Assembly: GCA_964464605.1 (NCBI GenBank)
Contig: CAYXJN010000004.1
Coordinates: 1 to 64,000, forward strand
DNA from: an uncultured Ignavibacteriales bacterium
GTDB taxonomy: Bacteria > Zixibacteria > MSB-5A5 > GN15 > FEB-12
Length of the DNA stretch: 64,000 bases
Direction of reading: 5' to 3'
Positions 47,743 through 58,568 of the stretch are shown here, piece by piece (within the stretch, counting starts at the first letter, position 1; the number at the start of each line of letters is the position of its first letter). Both the position numbers and the translations under genes were made by a program. The notes beneath the pieces were generated by a model that was given only the letters and a program-made list of their open reading frames with translations, had not been told where the DNA came from and did not search any database.

Positions 47743-49833
47743 GTGGCTGCACTGCGAATAGATACTTCACTGCAATTCCTTAAGGGAGTCGGTCCCAGCC
47801 GCGCGGCGGTTATGGCTGAACTCGGCTTTTCGACTATCCGTGACTTGTTGTTCTATTTCCCCCGTCATTACTTAGACCGTACCAGCATCACCCCGATCAA
47901 CAAACTCAAAGTCGGCCATGAGGCAACGATCGTCGGTGTCGTCCGCGCGCACGGGAAACTGTTCGGCAAAACGAAACGGTATGAAGTCATTCTTGAGGAC
48001 AACTCCGGCGCGATAACCCTCGTTTGGTTCGGCCCGGCGGTTCGCTTTTGGGAGAAGACCTTCAAAAAAGGGCAGGTTTGGGCGGCGACCGGGACGGTCA
48101 ATTTTTATCATGGCTATCAGATCGCTCATCCGGATTTAGAGCGTCTGGAGGATGAAACCGACCGGATGATTCATGCCGGCCGCATTATTCCGGTCTATCC
48201 GCAGACTGCCGAACTCAACAAAGTCGGTCTCAACAGCAAAGGGGTACGCAGGCTTACAACCATGCTGTTTGAATCGCTTGAGGAAAAACTGCCGGATGTG
48301 TTACCTGATGAAAAACGGGAATCGCTCGGATTGATACCGCTCAATGAAGCGGTCAAGAAAATCCATTATCCTGAGCATGTTGAAGATATTGAAACCAGCC
48401 GTCGCCGTTTAGCCTTCGATGAGTTTCTGCAATTTCAATACGCTGTTCTCAAGCGAAGAAAAAACAGGCAAGTGGTCGAAAAATCGCATCGCTATAAAGC
48501 ACCATCTGAAGCACTCAAACAATTTTTGTCATCTTTGCCGTTCAGTTTGACCGATGGGCAGAAAAAAGCGATGCAGGAAATTCTCGGTGATTTACAAACA
48601 CCCCATCCGATGGCGCGATTGCTGCAAGGGGATGTCGGCTGCGGGAAAACAGTGGTGGCGATTACCGCATCACTCTACGCCGCGCAGAACGGATTGCAAG
48701 TCGCCTTTATGGCCCCGACAGAAATTTTAGCGGAACAGCATTATCGAAGCTGGAAAGCGCCGCTTGAAGCCTTAGGGGCGAAAGTTGAGTTGTTAACTTC
48801 ACGATTAAAGCCGAGTCAGAAACGAAAAATCGCCGAGCAATGCGCCGCGGGCGAGATTGATATTCTGTTGGGAACGCACGCACTTGTTTACGATTACGTG
48901 CAGTTTTCACGATTGGGATTAGTGATAATCGATGAGCAGCATCGTTTCGGGGTTCGCCAGCGCGGAAAGCTGCATGCAAAAGGGGAAAACCCGGATTTAC
49001 TCGTCATGACCGCAACGCCGATTCCGCGGACGCTTGCGCTCACTCTCTATGGCGATCTTGATATTTCAACGATTGACTCCATGCCCACGGGAAGAAAACC
49101 GATAAAATCGGTCTGGCGGCCGAGTTCAGTGCGGGATAAAGTCTATCAATATGTTCGTGATGAAGTGAAAAAGGGCGGGTTAGCCTATGTCATTTTTCCG
49201 GTGATTGAAAAATCAGAACAAACAGATTTACGCGGCGTAACGGAAGCCTATGAGCAACTCACCAAGACCGTATTTGCCGGATTGCGCGTCGGGATGGTGC
49301 ATGGAAAAGTTCCGGCCAAAGAGCGGGATGAACTGCTCGAGAAATTCAAGCATGGTGAACTGGATATACTCGTCGCAACAACCGTCGTTGAAGTAGGGAT
49401 AGATAACCCGAATGCGACCCTGATGGTAATCGAGCATGCCGAGCGGTTCGGCTTGGCGCAGCTGCATCAGTTGCGCGGTCGAATCGGACGGGGGACCAAA
49501 GAGGCGACACTGATCGCGCTGGCCGAAGAACCGATTTCCGATATGACCCGCAAACGACTCGAATTTTTCACCGGTACAACCGACGGCTTCAAAATCGCCG
49601 AAGCAGACCTAGAACTTCGCGGTCCCGGCGAGCTGCACGGCTCCCAGCAGTCTGGTGTGCCATTTCTAAAGATGGTTCGCTTCACGACTGACCGTGACTT
49701 GCTTGAGGCTGCCCGAAAACTGCTCCAAGAGCTTTTGACGAACTATCCCAAGATCGATACCAGCTACAAACCGCTCTATCTGGAGCTTGAAAACCGGCTC
49801 GCATCGCAGGAACTGCAGACCGCCGGGGGGTAG
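47743..49833 (+). CDS. recG: ATP-dependent DNA helicase RecG
   Basis: LKGVGP, RLLQGDVGCGKT, DEQHRFGV, MTATPIPRTL, QLHQLRGRIGRG. Confidence 0.96.
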   Translation: MAALRIDTSLQFLKGVGPSRAAVMAELGFSTIRDLLFYFPRHYLDRTSITPINKLKVGHEATIVGVVRAHGKLFGKTKRYEVILEDNSGAITLVWFGPAVRFWEKTFKKGQVWAATGTVNFYHGYQIAHPDLERLEDETDRMIHAGRIIPVYPQTAELNKVGLNSKGVRRLTTMLFESLEEKLPDVLPDEKRESLGLIPLNEAVKKIHYPEHVEDIETSRRRLAFDEFLQFQYAVLKRRKNRQVVEKSHRYKAPSEALKQFLSSLPFSLTDGQKKAMQEILGDLQTPHPMARLLQGDVGCGKTVVAITASLYAAQNGLQVAFMAPTEILAEQHYRSWKAPLEALGAKVELLTSRLKPSQKRKIAEQCAAGEIDILLGTHALVYDYVQFSRLGLVIIDEQHRFGVRQRGKLHAKGENPDLLVMTATPIPRTLALTLYGDLDISTIDSMPTGRKPIKSVWRPSSVRDKVYQYVRDEVKKGGLAYVIFPVIEKSEQTDLRGVTEAYEQLTKTVFAGLRVGMVHGKVPAKERDELLEKFKHGELDILVATTVVEVGIDNPNATLMVIEHAERFGLAQLHQLRGRIGRGTKEATLIALAEEPISDMTRKRLEFFTGTTDGFKIAEADLELRGPGELHGSQQSGVPFLKMVRFTTDRDLLEAARKLLQELLTNYPKIDTSYKPLYLELENRLASQELQTAGG

Positions 49834-50023
49834 GTTGTCGCATACTCGGGTTCTCATCTTTGAGGCTCTTTTTCCGACAATTGGAAACAGGAGAACGATT
49901 GCGTGTACAATAGGGGATTGCCTCATATTCAGGTAGAGGTTCGGGACGAACCCTCTGCCGCATTACTTCCAAGTTCTTTCGGCTTGTTTTACAGTAAAAT
50001 ACTAACTACCTTATAGTTACGAA

Positions 50024-50989
50024 ATGGCCGTACAACTGACACAATCCGGTTCCGATATCGAAACTACCCGCGCAAAGCTCCGTTCGGCCTTTGGGGCAAA
50101 GTTGGAATTCGACACGCCATTGTCGTTGTATACCAGCTTCAAAACCGGTGGTCCGGCCAAATATTTCATTTCCGTCACTACGACCGACGAACTGACCAAT
50201 AGCATCAAACAGGCGCAAGCACTTGGTATTCCGTACGTTCTGATAGGAGGCGGTTCCAATCTGCTCATTTCGGACAACGGCTACGACGGCCTAATTATCA
50301 AGCTGTCGATTTGTGGTCTCAAACTGCTCGATCCGGTCACTATCCACTGCGGTGCCGGGGAAGACCTGATGGCATTGGTCAATTACTCGGTCGACAACAA
50401 CCTCACCGGTCTTGAATTCGCCAGTGGAATCTGGGGGACAGTCGGCGGCGCGATTTACGGGAATGCGGGTGCCTATGGTGGGGAAATTAAGGATGTTTTG
50501 ACAGGGATCACCCTTGTCGACAGGCAAGGAAATGTGAAGCAAGTTAACCGGGAGTATTGCCGTTTTGCCTATCGTGATTCATATTTGAAAGTAACAAAGG
50601 AAGTGGTGGTCGATTGTACCCTTCGCCTGCAAACGGGCGACAAACAGGAGATACGAAATCGCATTAACGAGATAATCGCGATCCGCAAAACGAAACATCC
50701 CGACTCCTGCTCGGCCGGCAGTTTTTTCAAAAACATACCTGATCCGACGCAACCGTACGGAAAACTTCCGGCGGGGAAACTGCTTGAAGAAATCGGGTCG
50801 AAAACGATGTCTGTTGGCGGCGCGAAAGTGTATGAAAAGCATGCGAATATCATCATTAACGGCGGCAATGCGACCTCGCAAGATATTCGGGATTTAGCCG
50901 ATATACTAAAACAGAAAGTATTTGAACGATTCGGCATAATGCTGGAAGAAGAAGTCCAACAAATAGGACAGTTTAAAACGGAGGAGTAG
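50024..50989 (+). CDS. murB: UDP-N-acetylenolpyruvoylglucosamine reductase
   Basis: GGPA, GGGSNLL, GTVGGAIYGNAGAYG, SAGSFFKN, KHAN. Confidence 0.96.
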   Translation: MAVQLTQSGSDIETTRAKLRSAFGAKLEFDTPLSLYTSFKTGGPAKYFISVTTTDELTNSIKQAQALGIPYVLIGGGSNLLISDNGYDGLIIKLSICGLKLLDPVTIHCGAGEDLMALVNYSVDNNLTGLEFASGIWGTVGGAIYGNAGAYGGEIKDVLTGITLVDRQGNVKQVNREYCRFAYRDSYLKVTKEVVVDCTLRLQTGDKQEIRNRINEIIAIRKTKHPDSCSAGSFFKNIPDPTQPYGKLPAGKLLEEIGSKTMSVGGAKVYEKHANIIINGGNATSQDIRDLADILKQKVFERFGIMLEEEVQQIGQFKTEE

Positions 50990-51040
50990 TATCGAGCGGT
51001 AGCTAAAAAGTAAGAAAGAGCAGTTAGTTAGTATTACTAA

Positions 51041-54000
51041 GTGACGAAACGACACGCTACCGTATTTTATCTGATCGTTGTTATCACAATGGTCATCGCT
51101 GCACTCGACTCGGCTTTCGCTGCCGGCGGGTTTGTGGCATCCTTTGAACGTCAATCGACGGTTGTTTCCCCGTACGAACCGCCTGTCAATGAACTTTCGG
51201 TATCGCTCAGTCCCACAACACAATATTCTTTTGCCGCAAAACGGCGCGGTTCATTCAAATCGCTCGATGCAAATTCCCGCGAAGGTGTCGTCCGCTTTGA
51301 GCAGATTTATTATTCCACGGACAAGAAAGAATGGGCACTGGCACCGGTCGCTGCTGATGTCTACGCGTACAATACATACCGAAACGCGCAGTACGATCGC
51401 GCCCAGCTTCGGAGCGAAGTAAGTAGGCTGCTGACGGCGCAGCAGCAAAAATCCGGTGATCGCGGTCTTGGGGTCAGTATCGCATTGCCGGGAACGATCG
51501 ACAGAATTGTCGGTGAAGGGGGAGCCGGATTAAAAGTAGTCGGCTCCTATCGTATCGATATGGGGGGGCGCTCCAACTGGAATGACGCCGCCACGACCGA
51601 ATTTAACCGCCCGAGTCGTTTTCCCTCGCTTGAGATGAAGCAACGCTATCGTTTCGACATTACCGGAACGATCGGCAGCAAGATTTCCGTCAAAGTTTCA
51701 GAAGACAACCAGACCGACATTCCGCTCGCAAACCGTATTCAGATTCGGTACAAAGGGGATGACGACGACATACTCAAAACTATCGAAGCCGGCAACACCA
51801 CGCTCAACTTGAAAAGCACCCGTTTCTCCGGGTATTCTCAGAGTGTTCAGGGGTTGTTCGGTTTGAAAGCGGAAGCGCAGTTGGGACCGTTCCGCATGAC
51901 CGGTATCGTTTCACAGGAAAAAGGCTCGGCGGAGCGCTCGGTTGTCACACCGGGCGGTGAAGAAAATGCGGACATTATTCGTGATTGGATGTACGAAGAA
52001 GGGAGAATTTTCGATCTCGGTCTGCTCGGTGAATTTGCGTCGGGAGATTCTGTTCTCAATCTGGAAGTGTATCAGGAGCGGCCGGTCGGGGAAGCGATTA
52101 TCGAAAACTACGCCCGTTTGTATGTTAAACCGGAAGAGCCGACTTTCCGTGCTGCCGAAAATTTCTCGGTAGATTCCGTTCCGGTTGTTCGCATCGAAAA
52201 AGACAGATATATCTGGCAGAATGACAAAACTAAGCGAACGCCCTACATCGTGTTTACTTCAAGCGGTATCCAGCAGATGTTCGGTGTCTGGATGGTAGTC
52301 TGGCGCCAGCAATCCGGTACTATCGACACGATTGGTAATATTTCAGGTGACACTGTTGCTCTTAGCCTGAAACTGATTCGTCCGAAAACCGAACGCGCTT
52401 CACCGCAGGATACCACCTGGTCGCTTATGTGGCGAAATACGTATCGCATTCCGCGCGGAACGGCCATTGCGGATGTGAAGCTGAAAATATTCAAGGGATT
52501 GCCCGGAAACGAAGGAACCGGGGAAGACCTTGACTATCAGGAAGCGACAGTATCGAACAATCGATACATCATGATCACCGGTCTTGATCAGGTAAACACG
52601 GCCAATGTCGCTTCACCAGACGGGTTGCTCGATAACGACCCTGATATTTTCCGGCCGGAATGGGGGCTTATTGTTTTCCCGCAACGCCGACCTTTTGCGC
52701 CGGATTCATCCGCGCCTGAAATCAACAAGGATGCAAGATTTCCCGATGACACCGTGCAGTTTCGGAATAATGCGGGCATCCCTGCACCGGCATTGGCTGC
52801 GCAAGTACCTGAAATTTACGATTCCAAGACCACCCGGCAGTCCTCAAGTCAATATTATCTGCAATTAACCTCCAGGGCACGCGGAGCAACAATAAGCTTG
52901 AGCCGCCCGAATGTTATCGAAGGTTCGGAACGGGTTACGCTCAATGGACGTACGCTGGTTCGTGATGCCGACTACACGATCAACTATGACATCGGCCAGG
53001 TCACGCTTATTTCTCAGGAAGCGCTTGACCCGAATGCGGATGTTCAGGTTGAATTTGAGTATGCACCGTTCTTTACGCTGCAGAAGAAATCGTTGTATGG
53101 CGCGCGGCTTGAGTACCAACTCGGTAACAACCTGGAACTTGGTTCCATGCTGCTGTACAAAACCGACAAAGCGCAGGATAGAAAACCGCGTGTCGGCCAA
53201 GAAACGGCGAAGATGCTTAACTTCGATGTCGACGGAAAACTGGAACTCACGCCGAATTTTCTGACCAAAGCGGCCGACGCGATTCCATTTGTTACGACTG
53301 AAACACCCTCCAGAATGACTATTATCGGTGAAGTAGCGCAGTCACGACCGAACCCGAACGTCGACAATATCGGGTATGTCGACGATTTCGAAACAGCAAC
53401 GGAAGAATTGTCGCTCGGTAATTCCCGCCAGCGCTGGCATCTCGCTTCACGTCCTCCGTTTTTAAATTCGGGGTACCTGCGCGGTAAGCTTTTATGGCAT
53501 AGCCCTGATCCCTCGTTTGAACAACTGCCGAGCCATGAAGATATCTACAACACCGAAGCGCAGCCGAATGCCAGCATCATTCGCACCTTCCGCATGATTT
53601 TCCGCCCGAACACTCAAGATACGCTCTACGACACCACGGTTGCTCCGAGTAATGATACCACGATAAGCATCAACTCGATTGTCAGCGCCAACCGCGGACC
53701 GTCATGGGCCGGAATTACCCGCTTGTTCTACGGTGTCGACGCCAAACGCGCTCAGTTGTTCGAAATGCGGGCGAAAATCAGTCCGGCGAGCCGGCTCCGG
53801 ATGCACTTTGACTTCGGTATCATCAATGAAGAATTGGATGTGTATCCCGCGACGCTGCAAAAAACCTTCTCCGAAGACACTGATAATAACGGCAAGGTAA
53901 GTACGGCAGAAGATGTAGGTCTTGACGGTTTGGCAAACACAGTTGAAGATGTGAAACTTTCCCGCGGTGGGATTAAAGACCCGAGCCGTGATAACTGGTA

Positions 54001-57000
54001 TTATGCCGGGGAAGGGGATTGCCCGATTGGAGGTGGCGCATTGTGCGATATCGATTCGCTGCGCTATGAGTGGCTGAACGGGACAGAAGGCAACTTACGC
54101 GACAATAATGCCGATCCGGACAAAGAAGCGCTTGGCTCTACGCTCGAATCGAATGATGCCTTTTTCTCTTACACTATTGACTTCAATGATCAAACCAGCC
54201 CGTATTACTTCGATTCATTGAAAGTGCCGAATTCTGAACGAAACGGCTGGTTTACTTATCGCATTCCAATCCGTGACCCGCGGTACCTGGATACCTCATA
54301 TGTATCAGACGCCAACCTTACTCCCGATTGGAATAAAGTAACGCATGTTCGGGTCTGGTTTGAATCAGCCACCGGACAAACAACTCCGGATACGATTGAG
54401 GTCGCCGATTGGCAATTCGTGCAATCGAACTGGCAGGATACGATTATCTATGCCGTTCCGGTTGCGCGTACCTCTAATTTCACGGTAGCGACAATTTCAG
54501 AAGAAGATGGTTCCTTTACTCCTCCGCCCGGAGTAACGGCGTATGAAGACCCGACCACCAATGTCAAAGAACCGCAGCGCGGTTTGCAGTTGAAGTTCGA
54601 GAATCTCGAAACCGGTGATACCTGCCTAGCCTCAAAAGACCTTCTGCAAATCGAACGGTATGGCGGCTACCGGAAAATGGAAATGTATGTCAATGCTGTG
54701 CTGGATAATGCCTATGACGGCAAAATTCGCTTCTTTTTCCGCTTAGGACAGGATAAGAAGAATTACTATGAGTTCAATCGCCTGTTAGCCGTCGGTCCCC
54801 GGTGGGATCCGCAAAATTTTGTTACTATCGATTTCAATGAACTAAGCGCACTCAAAGACTCGGTACTGAAAAATGCCGACCCGACAGACACGATTCTCAT
54901 ATCCGACACGCTTCGCGGATATCGCGTGGTCGGCAGGCCGAATATCAATCAGATTCGCTATTTCGCTTCCGGGGTAGTCAACACCGATACAACGCTCAGG
55001 CCGAGCGGTGAAGTATGGCTGGATGAACTGCGGGTGACCGATGTGCGGCGGGATGTCGGTACTGCCGGTCGTATCGCCGTGTCGGGATCAATTGCGGATT
55101 TGATCACGTATGGAACGACCTACGAATATGAAGATGCCTATTTCCGCCGGCTTTCCACCGCGACCCGCGGCGGTTCGACCGATAACTTAGGCAGCGGCAG
55201 TACCCGGAAAATCTTCGGGCTGAATTTGGGAATGACCTTAAGCAAGTTTTTGCCCAAGAGTTGGGGGGCGTCGTTGCCGGTCAGCTATTCCTACAACACA
55301 TCGACACTGCTGCCGCTTTTACGAACGAATAGTGACGTTGTACTTGCCGAAGATATCCGTAAAAGCGAGCAAACGACGAGTAAGTCAGAATCATTCAGTA
55401 TTTCCGAACAGTTCGACCGGAAAGGCAAAAACCCGCTTTTCTCATTACTCTTGAATCGGCTCAATACGAATTTTTCGTATCGGCGTTCACGGGATCGCTC
55501 AGTCACCAATCCGGAGCGGTTTGGTGAAAATGTCAGCCTCAGCGGACAGTATGATTTCGGCATTAAGAAAGTGCCGCATGTACCGCTCTTTTTCTGGACA
55601 AAGTATATTCCGGTCGCCCGGAAAACACAAAAAGCAAAGTTGTATTTGTATCCCACATCATGGACTGTTAGCGCCGACTACAGCCGCAGTATTAATATCA
55701 GCCGTGACGCCGACTCGAATCTGACCTCATCGCTGTCCCGTACCCTCAACGGTCGCATGAATATTAACTACAAAGTCTTCGACCGTCTTACAACTACGTG
55801 GGATTGGGCTTCGGCGCGCGATCTGACCGATCCTGACTGGGTGCAGTTCTCGTTCAATCCGAAAAAAATGCGGTTAGGAAGAGAAACGAATTTCTCGCAA
55901 GGAGCGAATGCCACCTACGATCCGAACCTGCTTCAGTTTTTTACGACCCGATTTTCGTATAAAGCTTCGTACAGCGATTTCCTTGATCTGGGTGATAATA
56001 CCCGGCGAGTTACGCTTTCGACCAGCGGCGGCGTAGACGGTACGTTCGACCATCAACGACTGCTCGGTCGCAAGGGAACCACTCAGGATCGTCGTCCACA
56101 GCCGCGACAAAGCGGCGGCAGACGAACCAATCCGCCTCCCGGTGAGAAGGAAAAAGATGAAAAGAAGGACGAGAAAAAGGATGAGAAAAAAAATGAAGGA
56201 CCGAGCCAGCCGTTTTACACGCCTGTTCTTAGCGGTCTGCGCTTTTTAACCAGTTGGCTTGATCCGATCGGCTATAAATACAGCAAGCAATACAATGATG
56301 CCCGGTATGGTCTGAACGCACGCCCGGAGCTAAAGTACCAGCTCGGTCTTACCAGAAAGATCGATACGACGTTACAGGGAATTGCGCGACAACCGCAATC
56401 ATCCGGTGAATCGGAATCGTATGATCTGAATACAAAATTCAAACTTTTCGGCGGTATTCAAACCGGTGTCGGTTTTTCCCGATCGATTCAAAAAGACTTG
56501 GTGAAACAGGGTGCGAAACAGAAAAATACCTCGACCTATTTCCCGCGGGTTACCGTTACGATCAGTGAAATGAAATCTTTCCCTGTTTTCAAAAAGCAGA
56601 TCAACTACTTCATTCGTATTTTCTCGCCGCAGACCGGATACAGCAAGAGCGAAATACTCAATGAAGACATCACCGGAGTGAAGCGCAAAATCGGGGTGAC
56701 CACCACGGAGGAATTCCGTCCGTTGCTGGGAGTAAATTTCAATGTCCGCCGTGACCTGTCGTTATCCGGTTCGTATTCCTTGAAAAAAGAGGATATTGAG
56801 CGTTTTAACCCGACTACCGGAAAACCGCAGTCGAGTACCAATACCAAGACAACCGGTGTTGATGCCTCCGCGAAATATTCATTCAGCGCCCCGTCAGGTC
56901 TCTCGATTCCACTGTTTGGTAAAATCAAGTTCCGTTCGACGGTAAATTTGACCTTTGATTTGAATTACAACCGTTCCCTAACCAGCGGTTCAAATCAGGG

Positions 57001-57169
57001 AGCGACCACCGACAAGAAAGACTGGGTTTACCGGCTGACCATCGCGTACAACTTTAGCCGTCAGGTCAGCGGCGGCCTTGAAGGATACTGGCAGGATTCC
57101 AGCGATGGCGTCCGCGAACGGGATACGCATACCCGCAGCTTGAATATCTTTGCGGAGATGGGTTTCTAA
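51041..57169 (+). CDS. sprA: T9SS translocon SprA/Sov-like giant beta-barrel
   Basis: 2042 aa; YKGDDDDILKTIEAGN, GLFGLK, GSERVTLNG..DYTINY, YVDDFE, EDVGLDGL, GEVWLDELR; terminal Phe. Confidence 0.9.
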   Translation: MTKRHATVFYLIVVITMVIAALDSAFAAGGFVASFERQSTVVSPYEPPVNELSVSLSPTTQYSFAAKRRGSFKSLDANSREGVVRFEQIYYSTDKKEWALAPVAADVYAYNTYRNAQYDRAQLRSEVSRLLTAQQQKSGDRGLGVSIALPGTIDRIVGEGGAGLKVVGSYRIDMGGRSNWNDAATTEFNRPSRFPSLEMKQRYRFDITGTIGSKISVKVSEDNQTDIPLANRIQIRYKGDDDDILKTIEAGNTTLNLKSTRFSGYSQSVQGLFGLKAEAQLGPFRMTGIVSQEKGSAERSVVTPGGEENADIIRDWMYEEGRIFDLGLLGEFASGDSVLNLEVYQERPVGEAIIENYARLYVKPEEPTFRAAENFSVDSVPVVRIEKDRYIWQNDKTKRTPYIVFTSSGIQQMFGVWMVVWRQQSGTIDTIGNISGDTVALSLKLIRPKTERASPQDTTWSLMWRNTYRIPRGTAIADVKLKIFKGLPGNEGTGEDLDYQEATVSNNRYIMITGLDQVNTANVASPDGLLDNDPDIFRPEWGLIVFPQRRPFAPDSSAPEINKDARFPDDTVQFRNNAGIPAPALAAQVPEIYDSKTTRQSSSQYYLQLTSRARGATISLSRPNVIEGSERVTLNGRTLVRDADYTINYDIGQVTLISQEALDPNADVQVEFEYAPFFTLQKKSLYGARLEYQLGNNLELGSMLLYKTDKAQDRKPRVGQETAKMLNFDVDGKLELTPNFLTKAADAIPFVTTETPSRMTIIGEVAQSRPNPNVDNIGYVDDFETATEELSLGNSRQRWHLASRPPFLNSGYLRGKLLWHSPDPSFEQLPSHEDIYNTEAQPNASIIRTFRMIFRPNTQDTLYDTTVAPSNDTTISINSIVSANRGPSWAGITRLFYGVDAKRAQLFEMRAKISPASRLRMHFDFGIINEELDVYPATLQKTFSEDTDNNGKVSTAEDVGLDGLANTVEDVKLSRGGIKDPSRDNWYYAGEGDCPIGGGALCDIDSLRYEWLNGTEGNLRDNNADPDKEALGSTLESNDAFFSYTIDFNDQTSPYYFDSLKVPNSERNGWFTYRIPIRDPRYLDTSYVSDANLTPDWNKVTHVRVWFESATGQTTPDTIEVADWQFVQSNWQDTIIYAVPVARTSNFTVATISEEDGSFTPPPGVTAYEDPTTNVKEPQRGLQLKFENLETGDTCLASKDLLQIERYGGYRKMEMYVNAVLDNAYDGKIRFFFRLGQDKKNYYEFNRLLAVGPRWDPQNFVTIDFNELSALKDSVLKNADPTDTILISDTLRGYRVVGRPNINQIRYFASGVVNTDTTLRPSGEVWLDELRVTDVRRDVGTAGRIAVSGSIADLITYGTTYEYEDAYFRRLSTATRGGSTDNLGSGSTRKIFGLNLGMTLSKFLPKSWGASLPVSYSYNTSTLLPLLRTNSDVVLAEDIRKSEQTTSKSESFSISEQFDRKGKNPLFSLLLNRLNTNFSYRRSRDRSVTNPERFGENVSLSGQYDFGIKKVPHVPLFFWTKYIPVARKTQKAKLYLYPTSWTVSADYSRSINISRDADSNLTSSLSRTLNGRMNINYKVFDRLTTTWDWASARDLTDPDWVQFSFNPKKMRLGRETNFSQGANATYDPNLLQFFTTRFSYKASYSDFLDLGDNTRRVTLSTSGGVDGTFDHQRLLGRKGTTQDRRPQPRQSGGRRTNPPPGEKEKDEKKDEKKDEKKNEGPSQPFYTPVLSGLRFLTSWLDPIGYKYSKQYNDARYGLNARPELKYQLGLTRKIDTTLQGIARQPQSSGESESYDLNTKFKLFGGIQTGVGFSRSIQKDLVKQGAKQKNTSTYFPRVTVTISEMKSFPVFKKQINYFIRIFSPQTGYSKSEILNEDITGVKRKIGVTTTEEFRPLLGVNFNVRRDLSLSGSYSLKKEDIERFNPTTGKPQSSTNTKTTGVDASAKYSFSAPSGLSIPLFGKIKFRSTVNLTFDLNYNRSLTSGSNQGATTDKKDWVYRLTIAYNFSRQVSGGLEGYWQDSSDGVRERDTHTRSLNIFAEMGF

Positions 57170-57186
57170 GCGTATAGTACGGTACG

Positions 57187-58557
57187 ATGACCGAAATACG
57201 CTCCCCCCGCGACATCCCTTCAGTCGAAACGGTAACCGCACAGTGCGAAAAAGTGGAATCGCTTGCAAATATTCCTCGTACGGTGCTGGTTGCGGCCGTA
57301 CAAGCGGTAGTCGAAACGCTTCGCAGTCAGCTTCAGAAAAAATCAATCTCGTTTACCATGAAGCAGATACAAAAAAGAGTGGTTGATGCCGTGCGAAGCT
57401 CGCATGCCTCGCAATTACGACGGGTGATTAACGCGACCGGAATCGTTGTACATACCAATCTTGGCCGTTCACCGCTTGCTTCGCACTTGCTTGTCGATAT
57501 AGAGCCGCTCTTGACAGGATACAGCAATGTCGAGTTCGATTTGGAAACCGGTGCGCGCGGTAAACGCGGAGAGATGGTGGAAAGTTATTTGGCGCAGCTT
57601 TCAACCGCCGAAGCAGGAACAGTGGTTAATAATAATGCCGCCGCGCTGTTTATGATTCTGAACACGTTTGCTGCGCGGAAAGAAGTTGTAATCTCCCGTG
57701 GGGAGTTAGTGCAAATAGGGGGCGGGTTCCGCATTCCAGATATTCTCAGTCGTGCCGGTGCAAAGTTGGTCGAAGTCGGTACGACCAATATCACTACTCT
57801 TGCTGATTACGAAAACGGAATTACCGCAAAAACCGCCATGATACTGAAAGTGCATAAAAGCAACTTCACGCAAACCGGATTTACCAAAGATGTTGCTATC
57901 CCCGAACTTGTACCGTTAGCGCGAAAGCATCAGTGCCTTCTGGTGAATGATCTGGGAAGCGGTCTGTTTTTTTCGACGAAACAATTGCTCGGTTACGAAG
58001 AGCCGACAGTGCAGCGCTCAGTGTCGGACGGCGCCGATCTGACCTGTTTTTCGGGCGACAAAATGCTCGGCGGTGTGCAGGCAGGATTGATTGTCGGCAA
58101 ACAGGAACTCGTTTCCAAAATCAAAAAGAACCCGCTCTTCCGGGCAATGCGGGTAGACAAAATTACGTTTGCCGTGTTAGAACGGCTGCTTGCTTCCTAT
58201 CTGAACGGTTCACACACTACCGATATTGCCGTATGGTCGATGCTTTCGATTCCGGAAGCGGAACTCTACAAACGGGCCAAAGCGATGGTGAAATCGGCCG
58301 GAGAGCCGAAAGGGGTTTCGGTCGAGGCAACCAAAGCATACTTAGGCGGCGGCGCGATGCCGGAGGAAGCGATTCCGTCCGTCGCGATAATTTTTGCCAG
58401 TACGTTTTCGGCAACTGCCCTGCAAAAAAAATTCCGGAATCATGCGATACCGATTATCGGACGAATCGAAGCGGGCCGCTTTATGCTCGATATCAAAGCA
58501 GTCGCTCTTTCCGATGATGCGGTCCTTATCGAAGCTATCCGCGCTGCTGTTGCGTAA
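57187..58557 (+). CDS. selA: L-seryl-tRNA(Sec) selenium transferase
   Basis: VINATGIVVHTNLGR, VNNNAAA, SRGELVQIGGGFRIPD, FSGDKMLGG. Confidence 0.96.
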   Translation: MTEIRSPRDIPSVETVTAQCEKVESLANIPRTVLVAAVQAVVETLRSQLQKKSISFTMKQIQKRVVDAVRSSHASQLRRVINATGIVVHTNLGRSPLASHLLVDIEPLLTGYSNVEFDLETGARGKRGEMVESYLAQLSTAEAGTVVNNNAAALFMILNTFAARKEVVISRGELVQIGGGFRIPDILSRAGAKLVEVGTTNITTLADYENGITAKTAMILKVHKSNFTQTGFTKDVAIPELVPLARKHQCLLVNDLGSGLFFSTKQLLGYEEPTVQRSVSDGADLTCFSGDKMLGGVQAGLIVGKQELVSKIKKNPLFRAMRVDKITFAVLERLLASYLNGSHTTDIAVWSMLSIPEAELYKRAKAMVKSAGEPKGVSVEATKAYLGGGAMPEEAIPSVAIIFASTFSATALQKKFRNHAIPIIGRIEAGRFMLDIKAVALSDDAVLIEAIRAAVA

Positions 58558-58568
58558 TCTATTCGGCC

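Noticed and set aside
56140..56196. Tandem KDEK-type repeats inside sprA
   Set aside because: In-frame low-complexity charged loop with no sign of an insertion element or frameshift
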